Assembly: GCA_951406725.2 (NCBI GenBank) | Contig: OX597822.1 | Span: forward strand, 118,296,001-118,360,000 | Origin: Octopus vulgaris | Lineage: Eukaryota | Reading direction: 5' to 3' | DNA: 64,000 bases | In this document: positions 27,391-39,006 of the stretch, in pieces | How the letters are laid out: every line of letters starts with the position of its first letter | Position numbering within the stretch: the first letter of the stretch is position 1 | The notes under the pieces: model-generated | What the model was told of the DNA's origin: nothing | Databases searched by the model: none | What the model saw: the letters and a program-made list of their open reading frames with translations, nothing else | Program-made: the position numbers and the translations under genes

Positions 27391-27775
27391 GGCGTAGTTT
27401 TGGCTGTGTGCTTAAGCTGTTTGCTCCACAATGATGTGATCTTGTGATTATGGGGTTCATTCTTACAGGGCACCACCTTGGGCAAGTGTCTTTTACACTA
27501 GCCCCGGACTATAGCAATGGAAACCTGTCGTGTGGAAACTCGTCGTGTGTGTGTATGTGTGTATACACACACAGACACACACACACACACACACACACAC
27601 AACGCGAAGGGTTCCTACCCGTGCAACTTCTCCCTAGAAAATTCCACTCACACAGCTTTGGGTAAATCGAGACTATAGTAGAAACAGTAGAAAACTCTTG
27701 CCCAAACTACCACACACGAGTATCGAACAAGAAACCACGTTGTTTCCTATCGAACTTTTTAACCACACACTCATA
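27391..27775. mobile_element. Two decayed SINE family A heads in inverted orientation around a (CA)n tract
   Basis: Plus-strand head (tggctgtgtg...caccttgggcaagtgtctt) at 27391-27545; minus-strand head (actatagtagaa...cttgcccaa...taaccacac) at 27605-27775. Confidence 0.6.
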
Positions 27776-28138
27776 ATCACATGTGAATTATTTCTATTTT
27801 GTATGTATATTCTATAATGACTTCAAGAGTCAAGGCAGAGTCGTTAGCGTCTCGGGCGAAATACTTAGCGATAATTCTTCCAGTTCTTCACGTTCTGAGG
27901 TTAACTTCGATCTTCGGGATCGATAAAATAAAATATGAGTTCAGAGGTCAATGTGATCAACTTCGACCTTTATTACGTACGCTTCTCAAGAATTACACCG
28001 AAATTACAAGGATCCCCCAAGGTATTAGTCAATAGCTTTAAACATCAGAACTGGTAATATTTCATAGTAGTTACACATCAAGACTGACCATGGTCCTATA
28101 TGCGAAACTAATTTTATATTTTTTACATCTATTTTCAG

Positions 28139-28246
28139 GACATCCAGTCGGCATATGGGACTCCTGTTATAATAATGTCTCGGCAACTGCAACTATAGCA
28201 GCAGGATCAAATACAGAACCAGCCACTTGCGAAGATAAGAAACCTT
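28139..28246 (+). CDS. Internal coding exon (extracellular loop 1) of a PMP22/claudin-superfamily, TMEM47/PERP-like protein
   Basis: Pyrimidine-rich acceptor ttttcAG (28137-38) and donor GTaag (28247). 108 bp, phase 1-1. Encodes HPVGIWDSCYNNVSATATIAAGSNTEPATCEDKKP, with the G[LI]W-x2-C...C signature of the superfamily. Confidence 0.9.
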
Positions 28247-28994
28247 GTAAGCTCTTTCAATGCATTATTGATTTTCCTGTGCGTCCATACTTGCATCTGT
28301 GTGGTTGTGGGTCGAGTTATTATTGGTTGTTTTTTTTTGTCTTTGTAACAACGAAATGGTTGAATGGGTGGGTTTTGTACGATTGGCGTATTGCAAGTGT
28401 TATGTGTTTCTGGGTGTATTTTTAGTTGTACGTTTAATCATTGGACACGCTTCGGTTCACCTGGATGGGAAAGTTAGTTTATAGATCTTCTGTGAATGTT
28501 ACCCAGTAATAGACTGATGTTTAATTTAGGAATATAGAAAAGTGTATGTGTCGTTTGTAAGTCATGAAAACCGAGCTAAAAACCAACATTTGTGACCCTA
28601 TTTGGTCTCTTCAAAGAATCTTTTTTTTTATCCTGAGATAGGAAACGATTTTTTGTGAGTGTACATGAGGGTTAAACTTTCTCTTTTACATTTAAAGAAT
28701 TACGCACCATTTCATCAGCTACTCTGGTTGTATGTGAATAGAACCGCACATAATCCCATCCCACCTATTTCTGTACTACCCCTAGCCCTATCACTTCCTT
28801 TTCCACGCATCTTGCTCTCCCAGCACCAACCCTTTCCACTATATTTACATTGAACGTTCCCCTACTCTGAGCACCTTCTGTCAATCATCAGCGCTCTCCT
28901 CCTTCATTGTAACCCTTTATATCCACCCTGTGTACCTCTGACCTCGTATCTCTGTCACTGTGTCACTTCATTCCACACCCTTCACCACATTTCT

Positions 28995-29215
28995 CTGGCA
29001 GAACCGTTAGCACGCCGGGCGAAATGCTTAGCCGTATTTCGACTGCCGTTACGTTCTGAGTTCAAATTCGGCCGAGGTCGACTTTGCCTTTCATCCTTTC
29101 GGGGTCGATAAATTAAGTACCAGTTACGAACTGGGGTCGATGTAATCGACTTAATCCCTTTGTCTGTCCTAGTTTGTCCCTCTGTGTTTAGCCCCTTGTG
29201 GGTAGTAAAGAAATA
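28995..29215 (+). mobile_element. SINE family B, young copy
   Basis: tggcagaaccgttagcacgccgggcgaaatgc...gagttcaaatt B-box, core gtcgactttgcctttcatcctttcggggtcgataaattaagtaccag, A-rich tail. Confidence 0.85.
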
Positions 29216-29584
29216 TATCTAGTTTTATTAAGCTGTTCATCTCCAGCCCACCTTTATGTATTACCTCCCCCTCCTCCTCCTCCTCGACCCACTCCTATTG
29301 TCTTTTAGATGTTTATATTCCTTCAATGACAAGGAATCTTCAATCCTCTTTTTGTCACTGAGCATCCCTCTCTCAACTACCCACATCACTTCACAACATT
29401 TCACTGCTTCTCATTTATCTTTAGTTTTATTATACCGTTGCTGTCCACCCCCTTTTTTAATGCCACTTATCGTATGCTCTTCCTTTGCCCCCTCCTATTT
29501 CCTCCACCTTCTCCCCTAAATTGAGATGACTACGCTTCCACTTCTGCTCACCATTCTCTGCAGTCGCCTCTGCCCCAGCTTTAA

Positions 29585-29800
29585 CCCTTTAGCATTCAGA
29601 TTATTCTGTCAAATGTAATACTTATCCACTCACATTGTTTTGAATTAACCGTGGATTATCTTGTAGCTTTGAGATTTTGTTGATGTAAATGTTTGTTTTG
29701 AATGACATTGTTGGGTGGATGTGAGAAGCCGGATCTGACCAGTTTCAGCATAAAACAAGAAGAACATGTTGAGCCAAATATGGCTGACATGAATGCTAAA
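29585..29800. mobile_element. piggyBac-type MITE
   Basis: TTAA then CCCTTTAGCATTCAG at the left end; gaatgctaaa at the eroded right end. Related copies at 41043-41597 and about 54012-54214. Confidence 0.7.
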
Positions 29801-29996
29801 CACTAATCATGTACCTCTTCCCTTTCGCATTCTTGCAAATTTACCAACCTTCTCTTTCTGATCCACCATCTGTATTCTCTTTTATACTCACCCTCTTATA
29901 CCCCGAGGGTATGCCCTGACACCTCATCACCGCCATCCTTTCTCCATTTCCAGCTGAGGTAGCTATGTATCCCCTTTTCAGTAAGACATCTGTTTC

Positions 29997-30413
29997 TTAT
30001 TTCTTTATTTCCCACAAGGGGCTAAACACAGAGGGGACAAACAAGGACAGACAAACGGGTTAAGTCGATTATATCGAACCCAGTGCGTAACTGGTACTTA
30101 ATTTACTGACCCTGAAAGGATGAAGGGCAAAGTCGACCGCAGCGAAATTTGAACTCAGAATGTAATAGCAGACAAAATACCTATTTCTTTTCTACCCACA
30201 AGGGGCTAAACATAGAGGGAACAAACAAGGACAGAAAAAACGCATTAAGTCAATTATATCGACCCCAGTGCGTAACTGGTACTTAATTTATCGACCCCGA
30301 AAGGATGAAAGGCAAAGTCGACCTTGGCGAAATTTGAACTCAAAACGTAATGGCAGACGAAATACCGCTAAGGGTTTTGCCCGGCGTGCTAACGATTCTG
30401 CTAGCTCGCCGCC
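29997..30413 (-). mobile_element. SINE family B with tandemly duplicated 3' part
   Basis: Full copy at about 30182-30413 plus a second partial copy at about 29997-30180. Both sides carry acatctgttt (TSD-like). Confidence 0.85.
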
Positions 30414-30529
30414 TTCAAAACATCTGTTTTTGTTTCGCTATCATACTTTAACCTCACAATGCCGAACATAAAGCCACCTGCCTGAATGCTACAACCCCAA
30501 ATATAGTCAATGGTTTTGGCTTGTGAGTA

Positions 30530-30725
30530 ACTTGGTTACCTCACAAGTGCTGGTGCCACATAAATAGCACCCAGTACACTCTGTAAAGTGGTTGATATTA
30601 GGAAAGGCATCCAGCTGTAGAAACTGAGGAACAGCAGACTTTGGGGCTCAATACAGTTATTTGGCTCATCAGATCCTGACCAAGCATCCAGTAGAGAAGC
30701 TGGCCATTAAACAATGATGATGATA
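30530..30725 (+). mobile_element. SINE family C, (GAT)n-tailed
   Basis: tggtgccac.taaa.agcacccagtacactctgtaaagtggttg...gcatccagctgtagaaac...ttaaacaatgatgatgat. Other copies near 32845, 37455, 37850, 42235 (-), 42410 and 48140. Confidence 0.7.
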
Positions 30726-31189
30726 CAGTATTAGCAGTAGCAGTAATATATATGGAATTTCTACATTTCCCTAATTGGGCAAATGAAGGAAATTTAAAAC
30801 ACACAATAGATTGTCGTATATTTAGTAATAATTTTAATTAAAATCTGATCATACAGGAAAACATTGTTTTTTTTAAATAATAATACTTCTAAATAATCAG
30901 AAAATATATTTATCTGTCAAATGTAATTAAAAATAAAACAATGTGAAATGAAGTAATAAATGATTTTGTTAATTGCAAATATAACAATAAGAATTGGTTA
31001 CATCTTCCCAACATGATTGATCTTGGTTTTAATTAGTTCTCTAGAAATTTATTTTTTGTTTCAGATCTCAGACATATTTGTCATATTTAAACATCTGCAT
31101 TAAGAAGGCAGCTTTAGAATCTTATACAACAGGTATGACTAGAATGGATGGCACAGCAGTGCCTATAAAAATCTTAGATTTGTATAGAC

Positions 31190-31600
31190 TAATGAATATA
31201 GATACAATAAACAGTTTTATTACGATATTTCCGCTGAAATACACTGACTTTGTTTCAGTTAATTTGGAAAATAATAAAAAACTTAATAAAATAACTTAAT
31301 CATTATTATTAAGCTAGTTGGTATTTTGAACAAAAATTAACAGGAAATTTTGATGAAAGGTTTTAATTTAGATTACTGTAACAGTTTTATTACCATATTT
31401 TTATTGAAATACACTGGCTTTGTTGCAATTAATTTTTAGAATAATGAAGAATTTAGTAAAATATCTTCGTCGTTATTAAGCTGGTGTTTGGGACATAAAT
31501 AAACAGGAAATCCTAACGGAGGTTTTTCGTTTAGATACTTTTAAAAAGAAATTTTGCATTGTAGAACAAGAGACAGTCTCAAGAGGGTTGATATCAAGAA
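31190..31600. mobile_element. AT-rich MITE with an internal tandem duplication
   Basis: Two units of about 180 bp (gaaatacactg.ctttgtt.ca.ttaattt...aataa.gaagaatttagtaaaat). Similar arrays at about 53160-53380 (ends aaagagTTAA) and 56690-57060. Confidence 0.6.
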
Positions 31601-32610
31601 TTAATCCAAGCAACTCTACAGAGAAAAGGATCAGCAAGTTAATAACTCAGCCAACACATTTCTTTTAAGTTAGAATTTATCTTTTGATGCAACAAGCAAA
31701 AGAAAATGTAGGCTGGGAATGTCATCTAAATTCCCCAAGAGAAGCGTAGCTGAAGTTTATCCAAGTGCTTTATGTGCCTCAAAATGTCAGGAAGAATGCA
31801 TAATTACTGAAAGGCATCATGAGTCTTGATGCCATTTCTGATTACAGCTGCCATGTATTGAATGTCATTGCACTGAAAATGGTTAAGGAATATGTCAAAA
31901 ATTTAGAAATAAAATTATCTGATAACATTCAAACAAGTAAAGAAAAGTAACTAAGCATTATTGAGATTTTATTTTGGAGAGATTTGGTTCATTGATAATG
32001 GTGATTCCAATAAAATATTGGTACAGTGGTGCATCACACAACGACTTCTCCATGTGGTGTATGTCAGATCATACGATACACATTTTAGTAAGATTCGATC
32101 GAGGAAATATTAATGAAACTTCATCATCATCGTTAATGTTTAATGTCCACTTTTCCATGCTTGCTTGGTCAGATTGAATTTGTTGAGGCAGATTTTTATG
32201 GACAGGTGCTCTTCCTGTTGCCACTCCTCTCCTATTTGCAAGCAGGTAATATTTCCCAATGGCTGGACATGTTTTCAAGGAAGATTGGCAATGAATGACA
32301 CCATTTTGTATGGTGTTGACACTTTTACTTCAATTATCACACAATGTCAAGACAAGGAGGTACAAACACACACACACACACACACACACATGGGTGCACA
32401 CACATACACACGCACATACACACACACACATACACACACACATACACACAGACACATACATAACACATACATGGATGCACACACACTTACACACACATAT
32501 GCACATGCACGCACACACATGGATGTACACACACATACACACATACATGGATGCACACACACACACACATACACACTCGCACATGCATGCACGCATACAC
32601 ATATATATTG

Positions 32611-32790
32611 CGGATGAATGTTGACAGCTCTATAAAGAAGTTCTGATCACTCAAAGAGGATGGAACTCGTGGAAGAGGGAGATCCGGGAAGACGTGGGAT
32701 GAAGAACTGAAGAATGACCTCAGAACACTGTTCCTTGCAAAGAATCGAGATATCCTGTGCCATGGTGTAACTCAAGAAGACCCATCCACA
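32611..32790 (+). mobile_element. RTE LINE ORF2 C-terminal remnant
   Basis: Translates RMNVDSSIKKF*SLKEDGTRGRGRSGKTWDEELKNDLRTL, the typical G.R.RGRP.KTW...V..DL end of RTE ORF2. Confidence 0.7.
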
Positions 32791-32844
32791 ACAGCAGAAA
32801 TGATAATGCCACTCCATCGGATGAAGAAGATTGGCCTGTAGGAG

Positions 32845-33095
32845 CTCCGCGCCAGTGCCCCTAAAAAGAAGCACACACGTTGGTTCCACATAAAAGCACT
32901 CATGCTGATGCCATTTTAAAAGCACCCAGCACACACTCTAAAGTGGTTGGCATTAGGAATGTCATCTAGCCATAAAATCCAAACTGAATCAGACTGGAAC
33001 TTGATGCAGCTCTCTTGTCTTGCCAGCTCTGGTCAAATCGCCCAACACATGCCAGCATGGAAAACGGACGTTAAAGGATAATGATGATGATGATG
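32845..33095 (+). mobile_element. SINE family C
   Basis: aaaagcacccagc...aaagtggttggcattaggaa...catgccagcatggaaaacggacgttaa.gat.atgatgatg. Confidence 0.7.
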
Positions 33096-33654
33096 GTACA
33101 TACACGTGCACACACACACACACACACAAACACACACAAAGGGGGCTTCTTTTAGTTTCTATTTACTGAATCCACTGACAAGGTTTTGGTCAACTCAAGG
33201 CTGTTCTAGAAGACATTTGCCCAAGGTGCCATGCAGTGGGACAGAACTCGAATCCGTAGTTAGATAGTGAACTACTCATCCACACATTCCTACACAAATA
33301 CAGGTTAATCAATTTTTAATGGCTAGTGAGATTCATTAAAGCCTTGAACAAAATACCTTCTTGTATTTGGTTATAATCCTTTATATTCTGAGTCCAAATC
33401 CAGCCATGACCATGTCATGCTCTATAAGTGTGTGTGTGTTAGACTTAAGACTAGTCCTTATTTCTGGACTGATGCAGAAGTCTTCCTGAGAAGCTTCAAA
33501 GGGGCATCCATAGCATTTGCACCATACACCCATTCAACATTTACACTGTTTCAACTTATCATAGAAAAGATATTTCAGAAGCTGCCCATTGTCCATTCTG
33601 ATAAATGTGATCAGATTAATACACACATATATACTAGTAGCCATGATATATACC

Positions 33655-34295
33655 AGTCGCCATGATAGATCAGTAGCCACTACACACATTTTTTCTCTCC
33701 TTGTTTTTTTCTGTGTCCCTTTCTGTAGAAGAGCGTAGGCTCGAAACGTAAAAGACTTTTTCTATTCCTGAGCGCTATACTAATACATCTGTTTGTTTTT
33801 TACACCACCTGTTTTCGTCTTTTGGTTTGTTTTGTTTTTTTTTCGTAATATCTCCCTATATATCACACACTCACGTGGTCGCACCAATTGATCTTGTCAT
33901 TTCTTATCACACACGAACTTCTGCGCTGGACTTTCTATCTACCCTTTACGGATTCTCGTTTGGATATTTATCCTCCGGCTGCACCTCTCCTACCTACGGA
34001 TCACTGAGGACTCTACTCTTGATGAAAGATCCTTGCAATACACCACGACGTCAAAAAACCTTTGAACTTTATGTAAAACTGTTATTATTATTATTATCAT
34101 TACTTTCTTTATAATTTCTTTAGCCACTACACATTTTTTTCTCTCCTTGTTTTTTTTCTGTGTCCCTTTCTGTAGAAGAGCGTAGGCTCGAAACGTAAAA
34201 GACTTTTTCTATTCCTGAGTGTTATACTAATACATCTGTTTGTTTTGTACACCATCTGTCTTCGTCTTTTGGGTTTTTTTCGTTAACTCTCCCTA

Positions 34296-34363
<68 letters not shown>

Positions 34364-34393
34364 GTGAGTGAGTGAGTGAGAGAGAGAGAGATG

Positions 34394-34441
<48 letters not shown>

Positions 34442-34642
34442 ATATAAGTCGCCATGATAGATCGTTAGCCACTACACACATCTTTTCTTTTTTTCTCTCC
34501 TTGTTTTTTTCTGTGTCCCTTTCTGTAGAAGAGCGTAGGCTCGAAGCGTAAAAGACTTTTTCTATTCCTGAGCGTTATACTAATACATCTGTTTGTTTTC
34601 TACACCACCTGTCTTTGTCTTTAGTTTTCTCGTAAACTCTCC
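33655..34642 (+). mobile_element. Three direct copies of a ~200-bp Penelope-like terminal repeat with hammerhead-like cores
   Basis: Copies at 33655-33856, 34121-34293 (5'-truncated) and 34447-34642. Each has ccttt-CTGTAGA-a-GAGC-gtag-GCTC-GAA(A/G)C-GTA-aaag and ends in (TA)n. Confidence 0.8.
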
Positions 34643-34812
34643 ATATATACTCGTAGCTCCCACAGGATATAGAGCTTGCTCAAACCAATCAACAACTGAA
34701 ACAAACTATTCCACTCTTTTGATTACTTATTCACATTCAATATGTAATTCTTAACAACCAATATTCATATAAGACGAATGATATTTATTCTATATTTACA
34801 ATCTCTTCATAG

Positions 34813-34962
34813 ATTGGCAGAACGCTGTCCTTGGCTTGATGATGTTTGCCGCATCTTTTGGTGCTTTAGCTGCAGTTTTATCGATATGTGGTGTGCTGAC
34901 CACCCCGTTGCCGAAGAAGATATATTATTACCACTCTGCTGGTGAAATATTTCTTATATGTG
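34813..34962 (+). CDS. Internal coding exon (TM2 to start of TM3) of the same TMEM47/PERP-like gene
   Basis: Acceptor ctcttcatAG (34811-12) and donor GTaagt (34963). 150 bp, phase 1-1, in frame with both neighbours: (Y)WQNAVLGLMMFAASFGALAAVLSICGVLTTPLPKKIYYYHSAGEIFLIC. Not in the ORF track. Confidence 0.92.
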
Positions 34963-35802
34963 GTAAGTATTTGATTTACGTTTTATTTTGTTTTGCTTAG
35001 GATTCATTTGTGTTCCAGTATAATACCTTGGTCCTTCCCAATAAAATGCTACACTTAACATGTAGGACCCTCAATCAATTTAAACCTAAACTAAAATAAG
35101 CCATGAGGCGTACACAGAAAAAATGCCAAATCCTATTGTCTATGGAGACTTATGTGTTTTACCAAGTTCACAGCCCCAGTGGTAGCAAATTCAACTAGAT
35201 TAGCTGCAAGGACTGCGTTTGCATGTACTTTACAGGAGAGTGTGAGAGTGTGACCTGATCACACAATCTGCTAAAAATAGCAGCTGAATTCCCTTCATAT
35301 CACACCTTTCTGCTTTAAAAAAATGGATAGACATGTTGGATAATGTAGTCCGGTATGTAGCATATCAAGTGGGATGGTCACAGCTGGAATACCTTTAGTC
35401 ACAGGTGGGTTCAGTCAAGACTGGCCTGAAACTAAACAATAACAACTGCAACAACATGTACTGCTTTGACAACACTCATAAATGTGGCTAAGTCTATCAA
35501 AGTTACCTAAAAGCTATAGGAAAATTAAAAACAGAGGAATTCTAACCAAATTTCTCAAATAAAACTTTGTTGACAACAACTTGTGACATGACAAAATTTC
35601 AGGTAAAAGTCATTTCTATAATTTATATCAACTTCGTCACAACACTCAAATATTTTCTCTATTGTATCATTTAAATCATATCAGCTGTTCTAGAAACCAT
35701 TATTTTTATGGAATTTATTACAATACAGAAAAACAATTTTGAAGAATTTGTAGTGGAGATGAGAAGATAAGAAAGGTAAAAGTTTTTAGCAAAGACTGGA
35801 AA

Positions 35803-35974
35803 GGTATGGCTGTGTGGTAAGAAGCTTGCTCCCAACCATACAGTTCCAGGTTCAGTACCACTGCATGGTACCTTGGGCATGTGTTTTCTGCAATAGCCTC
35901 GGGCCGACCCAAGACTTGTGGATAGATTTGGTAGATGGAAACTGAAAGAAGTCCGTTGGGTGCGTTTGTGTGCT

Positions 35975-36012
<38 letters not shown>

Positions 36013-36612
36013 ATTGTTTGACCCCCACCACTTGATAACTGGTATTGGTGTGTTTAAGTCCTTCTAACCTAGCAGTTCAGCAAAAAGACCAACAGAATAA
36101 GTACTATGCTTAATAATAAGTCCTACAGTTGATTCATTCAACTAGAAATTCTTTTATGGGTGCAGGAGTGGCTGTTGTGGCAAGTAGCTTGCTTACGAAC
36201 CACATGGTTTTAGGTTCATTCCCACTGCATGGCACCTTGGGCAAATGTCTTCTACTATAGCCTCTGGCCGACCAAAGCCTTGTGAGTGGATTTGGTAGAC
36301 GGAAACTGAAAGAAACTTGTCGTATATATGTATATATACGTATGTATGTATGTGTGTGTATATGTTTGTGTGTCTGTGTTTGTCCCCCCCCCAACACCAC
36401 TTGAAAACCGATACTGGTGTATGTACGTCCCCGTAACTTAGTGGTTCAGCAAAAGAACCGATAGAATAAGTACTAGGCTTACAAAGAATAAGTCCTGGGG
36501 TCGATTTGCTCGACTAAAGCCGGTGCTCCAGCATGGCCACAGTCAAATGACTGAAACAATAAAAGAGAGTAAGGCAGTACCCCAGCATGACTGAAACAAG
36601 AAGAAGATAAAG
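35803..36612 (+). mobile_element. Two tandem SINE family A copies
   Basis: Copy 1 at about 35803-36152 and copy 2 at 36159-36612, both with tRNA-like head and central (TG)n. Confidence 0.85.
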
Positions 36613-36758
36613 ACTCATTCTGCAATGCATCAGCAATAAGACAGAAACCACAAAACATAACCACTGTTGGGAATAAGTAACAATTGCTCATCCTCATCCT
36701 CATCATTTAATGTCCTTTTCCGTGCTGCCAATGGGTTGGACATATGTATATAGATATA

Positions 36759-36813
<55 letters not shown>

Positions 36814-36848
36814 GTGTGTGTATGTGCGTGCGTGTGTGTATTTGTGTG

Positions 36849-36890
<42 letters not shown>

Positions 36891-36968
36891 AGTAATAATA
36901 TGAGGGAATATTATTCCAAACTTTCAGGGAAAAATTCAATTTAGAAATACTAAATCAAATTTCACAAA

Positions 36969-37000
<32 letters not shown>

Positions 37001-37005
<5 letters not shown>

Positions 37006-37178
37006 TAGAAAAAAAACACCTTTTATCAATTCAATAATGAAAAATTATTTTGCACATTACTTAATCATTGTTATGTGTTTTATCTTATACTTAATCTTTC
37101 TATAATATGTAATTTTTCTAAATGGCATAATTTAATTTTTCATTATTAGATTGATAAAACGTGTTTTTTTTTCTAATT

Positions 37179-37180
<2 letters not shown>
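37001..37180. mobile_element. AT-rich foldback/MITE-like element inside (TA)n
   Basis: About 47-bp imperfect inverted termini taaattagaaaaaaaacac.ttttatcaat..aataatgaaaaatta / taatttttcattatt..attgataaaa.gtgtttttttttctaattta. Confidence 0.65.
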
Positions 37181-37231
<51 letters not shown>

Positions 37232-37451
37232 TGGGCACAGAAAAGTTGGTCAACCATGGCTCAGCTATAAGGACAAGCTGAAGAGTGACCTCTCAGCAGT
37301 GAAGATAGCTCACGACACCCTTGGAGCGAACAGCCTTACACAAACAAAATGGAGATTGTTGTGTCAAAATGGTACAAGAAACTTTGTTGCAACCAGCATT
37401 AAGAGGCTTAAGGGTGTAAGGCAAAGGAGAAAAGTGGCTGCAAATATATAA
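37232..37451 (+). mobile_element. RTE (BovB-type) LINE ORF2 C-terminal remnant
   Basis: GHRKVGQPWLSYKDKLKSDL...I...TKWRLLCQNG..NF...RQRRK matches the G.R..G.P..RYKD.LK..L....W..A.DR..WR pattern. Confidence 0.7.
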
Positions 37452-37454
37452 GCA

Positions 37455-37670
37455 AGGAGCCATGTAAAAAGCACCGGTGATGGTGCCACATAAAAAGCAC
37501 CCAGAACGCTCTGTAGAGTGGCTGGCATCATGAAAGGCATCCAGCAATAGTAACCATGCCACAGCTGACTATGGAACTTGATGCAGCCCCATGCCCTGCC
37601 TATTGCTGTGAAGCTGTCTGGCCCATGCCAGCATGGAAAAGGGATATTAAATGTTGATGATGATGATGTG
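37455..37670 (+). mobile_element. SINE family C
   Basis: tggtgccacataaaaagcaccc...cccatgccagcatggaaa...ttaaatgttgatgatgat. Confidence 0.7.
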
Positions 37671-38062
37671 TGTGTGTGTGTGTCTGTGTGTCTGTGTGTG
37701 TGTGTGTGTGTGTGTCTGTGTGTCTGTGTGTGTGTGTGTGTGTCTGTGTGTGTGTGTGTGTGTCTGTGTGTCTGTGTGTGTGTGTGTGTGCATTTGTGTG
37801 TTAGTATATCCTTGTTTTGGTATCACATGGTAACTGTAAATGAGTGGTCATCTTCATTATAAGTGATGTCATTCGTTTCCAGTCTTCTGTGAATGACATG
37901 TCTGGTCCCTGGGGGAATATTTCAGTTGGAAGTAAGTGGGGGTTGGTCACATGAAAGTTATTCAGCTGTAGAAAATCTGCCCTGACAAATTCCATCCAAC
38001 CCATGCAACCTAGGAAAACGATGTTGATGATAACGACAATGCTGCTACTGCTGCTGTTGTTA

Positions 38063-38123
<61 letters not shown>

Positions 38124-38543
38124 GTCATCACACTAAACAAATTTGAAAAACATTATCTAGAAAATATTCATTAAATTATTATTTGGTGGTTTAAACAGAG
38201 TTTATTTATTAACCCAGTTTCATTGGTTTATATTTATTTTTCTCTCCGTTAATGGTAAATAGTGATAAGATAATAATTAATTGAAATGAGAATTTATTTT
38301 GTTTTAGTATTTTTTTTCTTACTTTTGGTTACTGTTGTCCGAAAATTTAAATATTTACTGTAAAAACAATTAGTTTCAAAACAACACACATTAACTATAT
38401 CTAATCCCTTAAATGTAATATAAAAGATAAACTCGTTATCAAATTGCCAGATGAAAGTGAAAGTGAAAGTAAGGTTAGTAAAACATCATCTGTAAGAGGA
38501 ACCACAGAAAGCAGCTTCAAGTCACAACTGAAAAGGAATAAGC

Positions 38544-38732
38544 TTACTCTTTTACTTGTTTCAGTCATTTGACTGCGGCCATGCTGGAGCGCCGCCTTTA
38601 GTCGGGACTTATTCTTTGTAAGCCCAGTACTTATTCTATCGGTCTCTTTTGCCGAACCGCTAAGTGACGGGAACGTAAACACACCAGCATCGGTTGACAA
38701 GCAATGCTAGAGGGACAAACACAGACACACAA

Positions 38733-38781
<49 letters not shown>

Positions 38782-38944
38782 CGACAGGCTTCTTTCAGTT
38801 TCCGTCTACCAAATCCACTCACAAGGCATTGGTCGGCCCAGGGCTATAGCAGAAGACACTTGCCCAAGATGCCACACAGTGGGACTGAACCCGGAACCAT
38901 GTGGTTGGTTAGCAAGCTACTTACCACACAGCCACTCCTGCGCC
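38544..38944 (-). mobile_element. SINE family A, young full-length copy
   Basis: Reverse complement of ggcgcaggagtggctgtgtggtaagtagc...tgactgaaacaagtaaaagagtaa, with CpGs largely intact. Confidence 0.9.
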
Positions 38945-39006
38945 TATGGTATTATTTTGAATCTATGTCTGTTATATCATGATAAAGTTCCTAATGAGTC
39001 ATTAAA

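Noticed and set aside
28090-28425. ORF-track ORFs 28090-28425 and 43673-44089 as complete genes
   Set aside because: Only 28139-28246 and 43803-44089 are exonic; the rest is read-through into introns.
33655-34642. CRISPR-like repeat-spacer array
   Set aside because: Units are about 200 bp with irregular spacers in a eukaryotic intron, and there are no cas genes.
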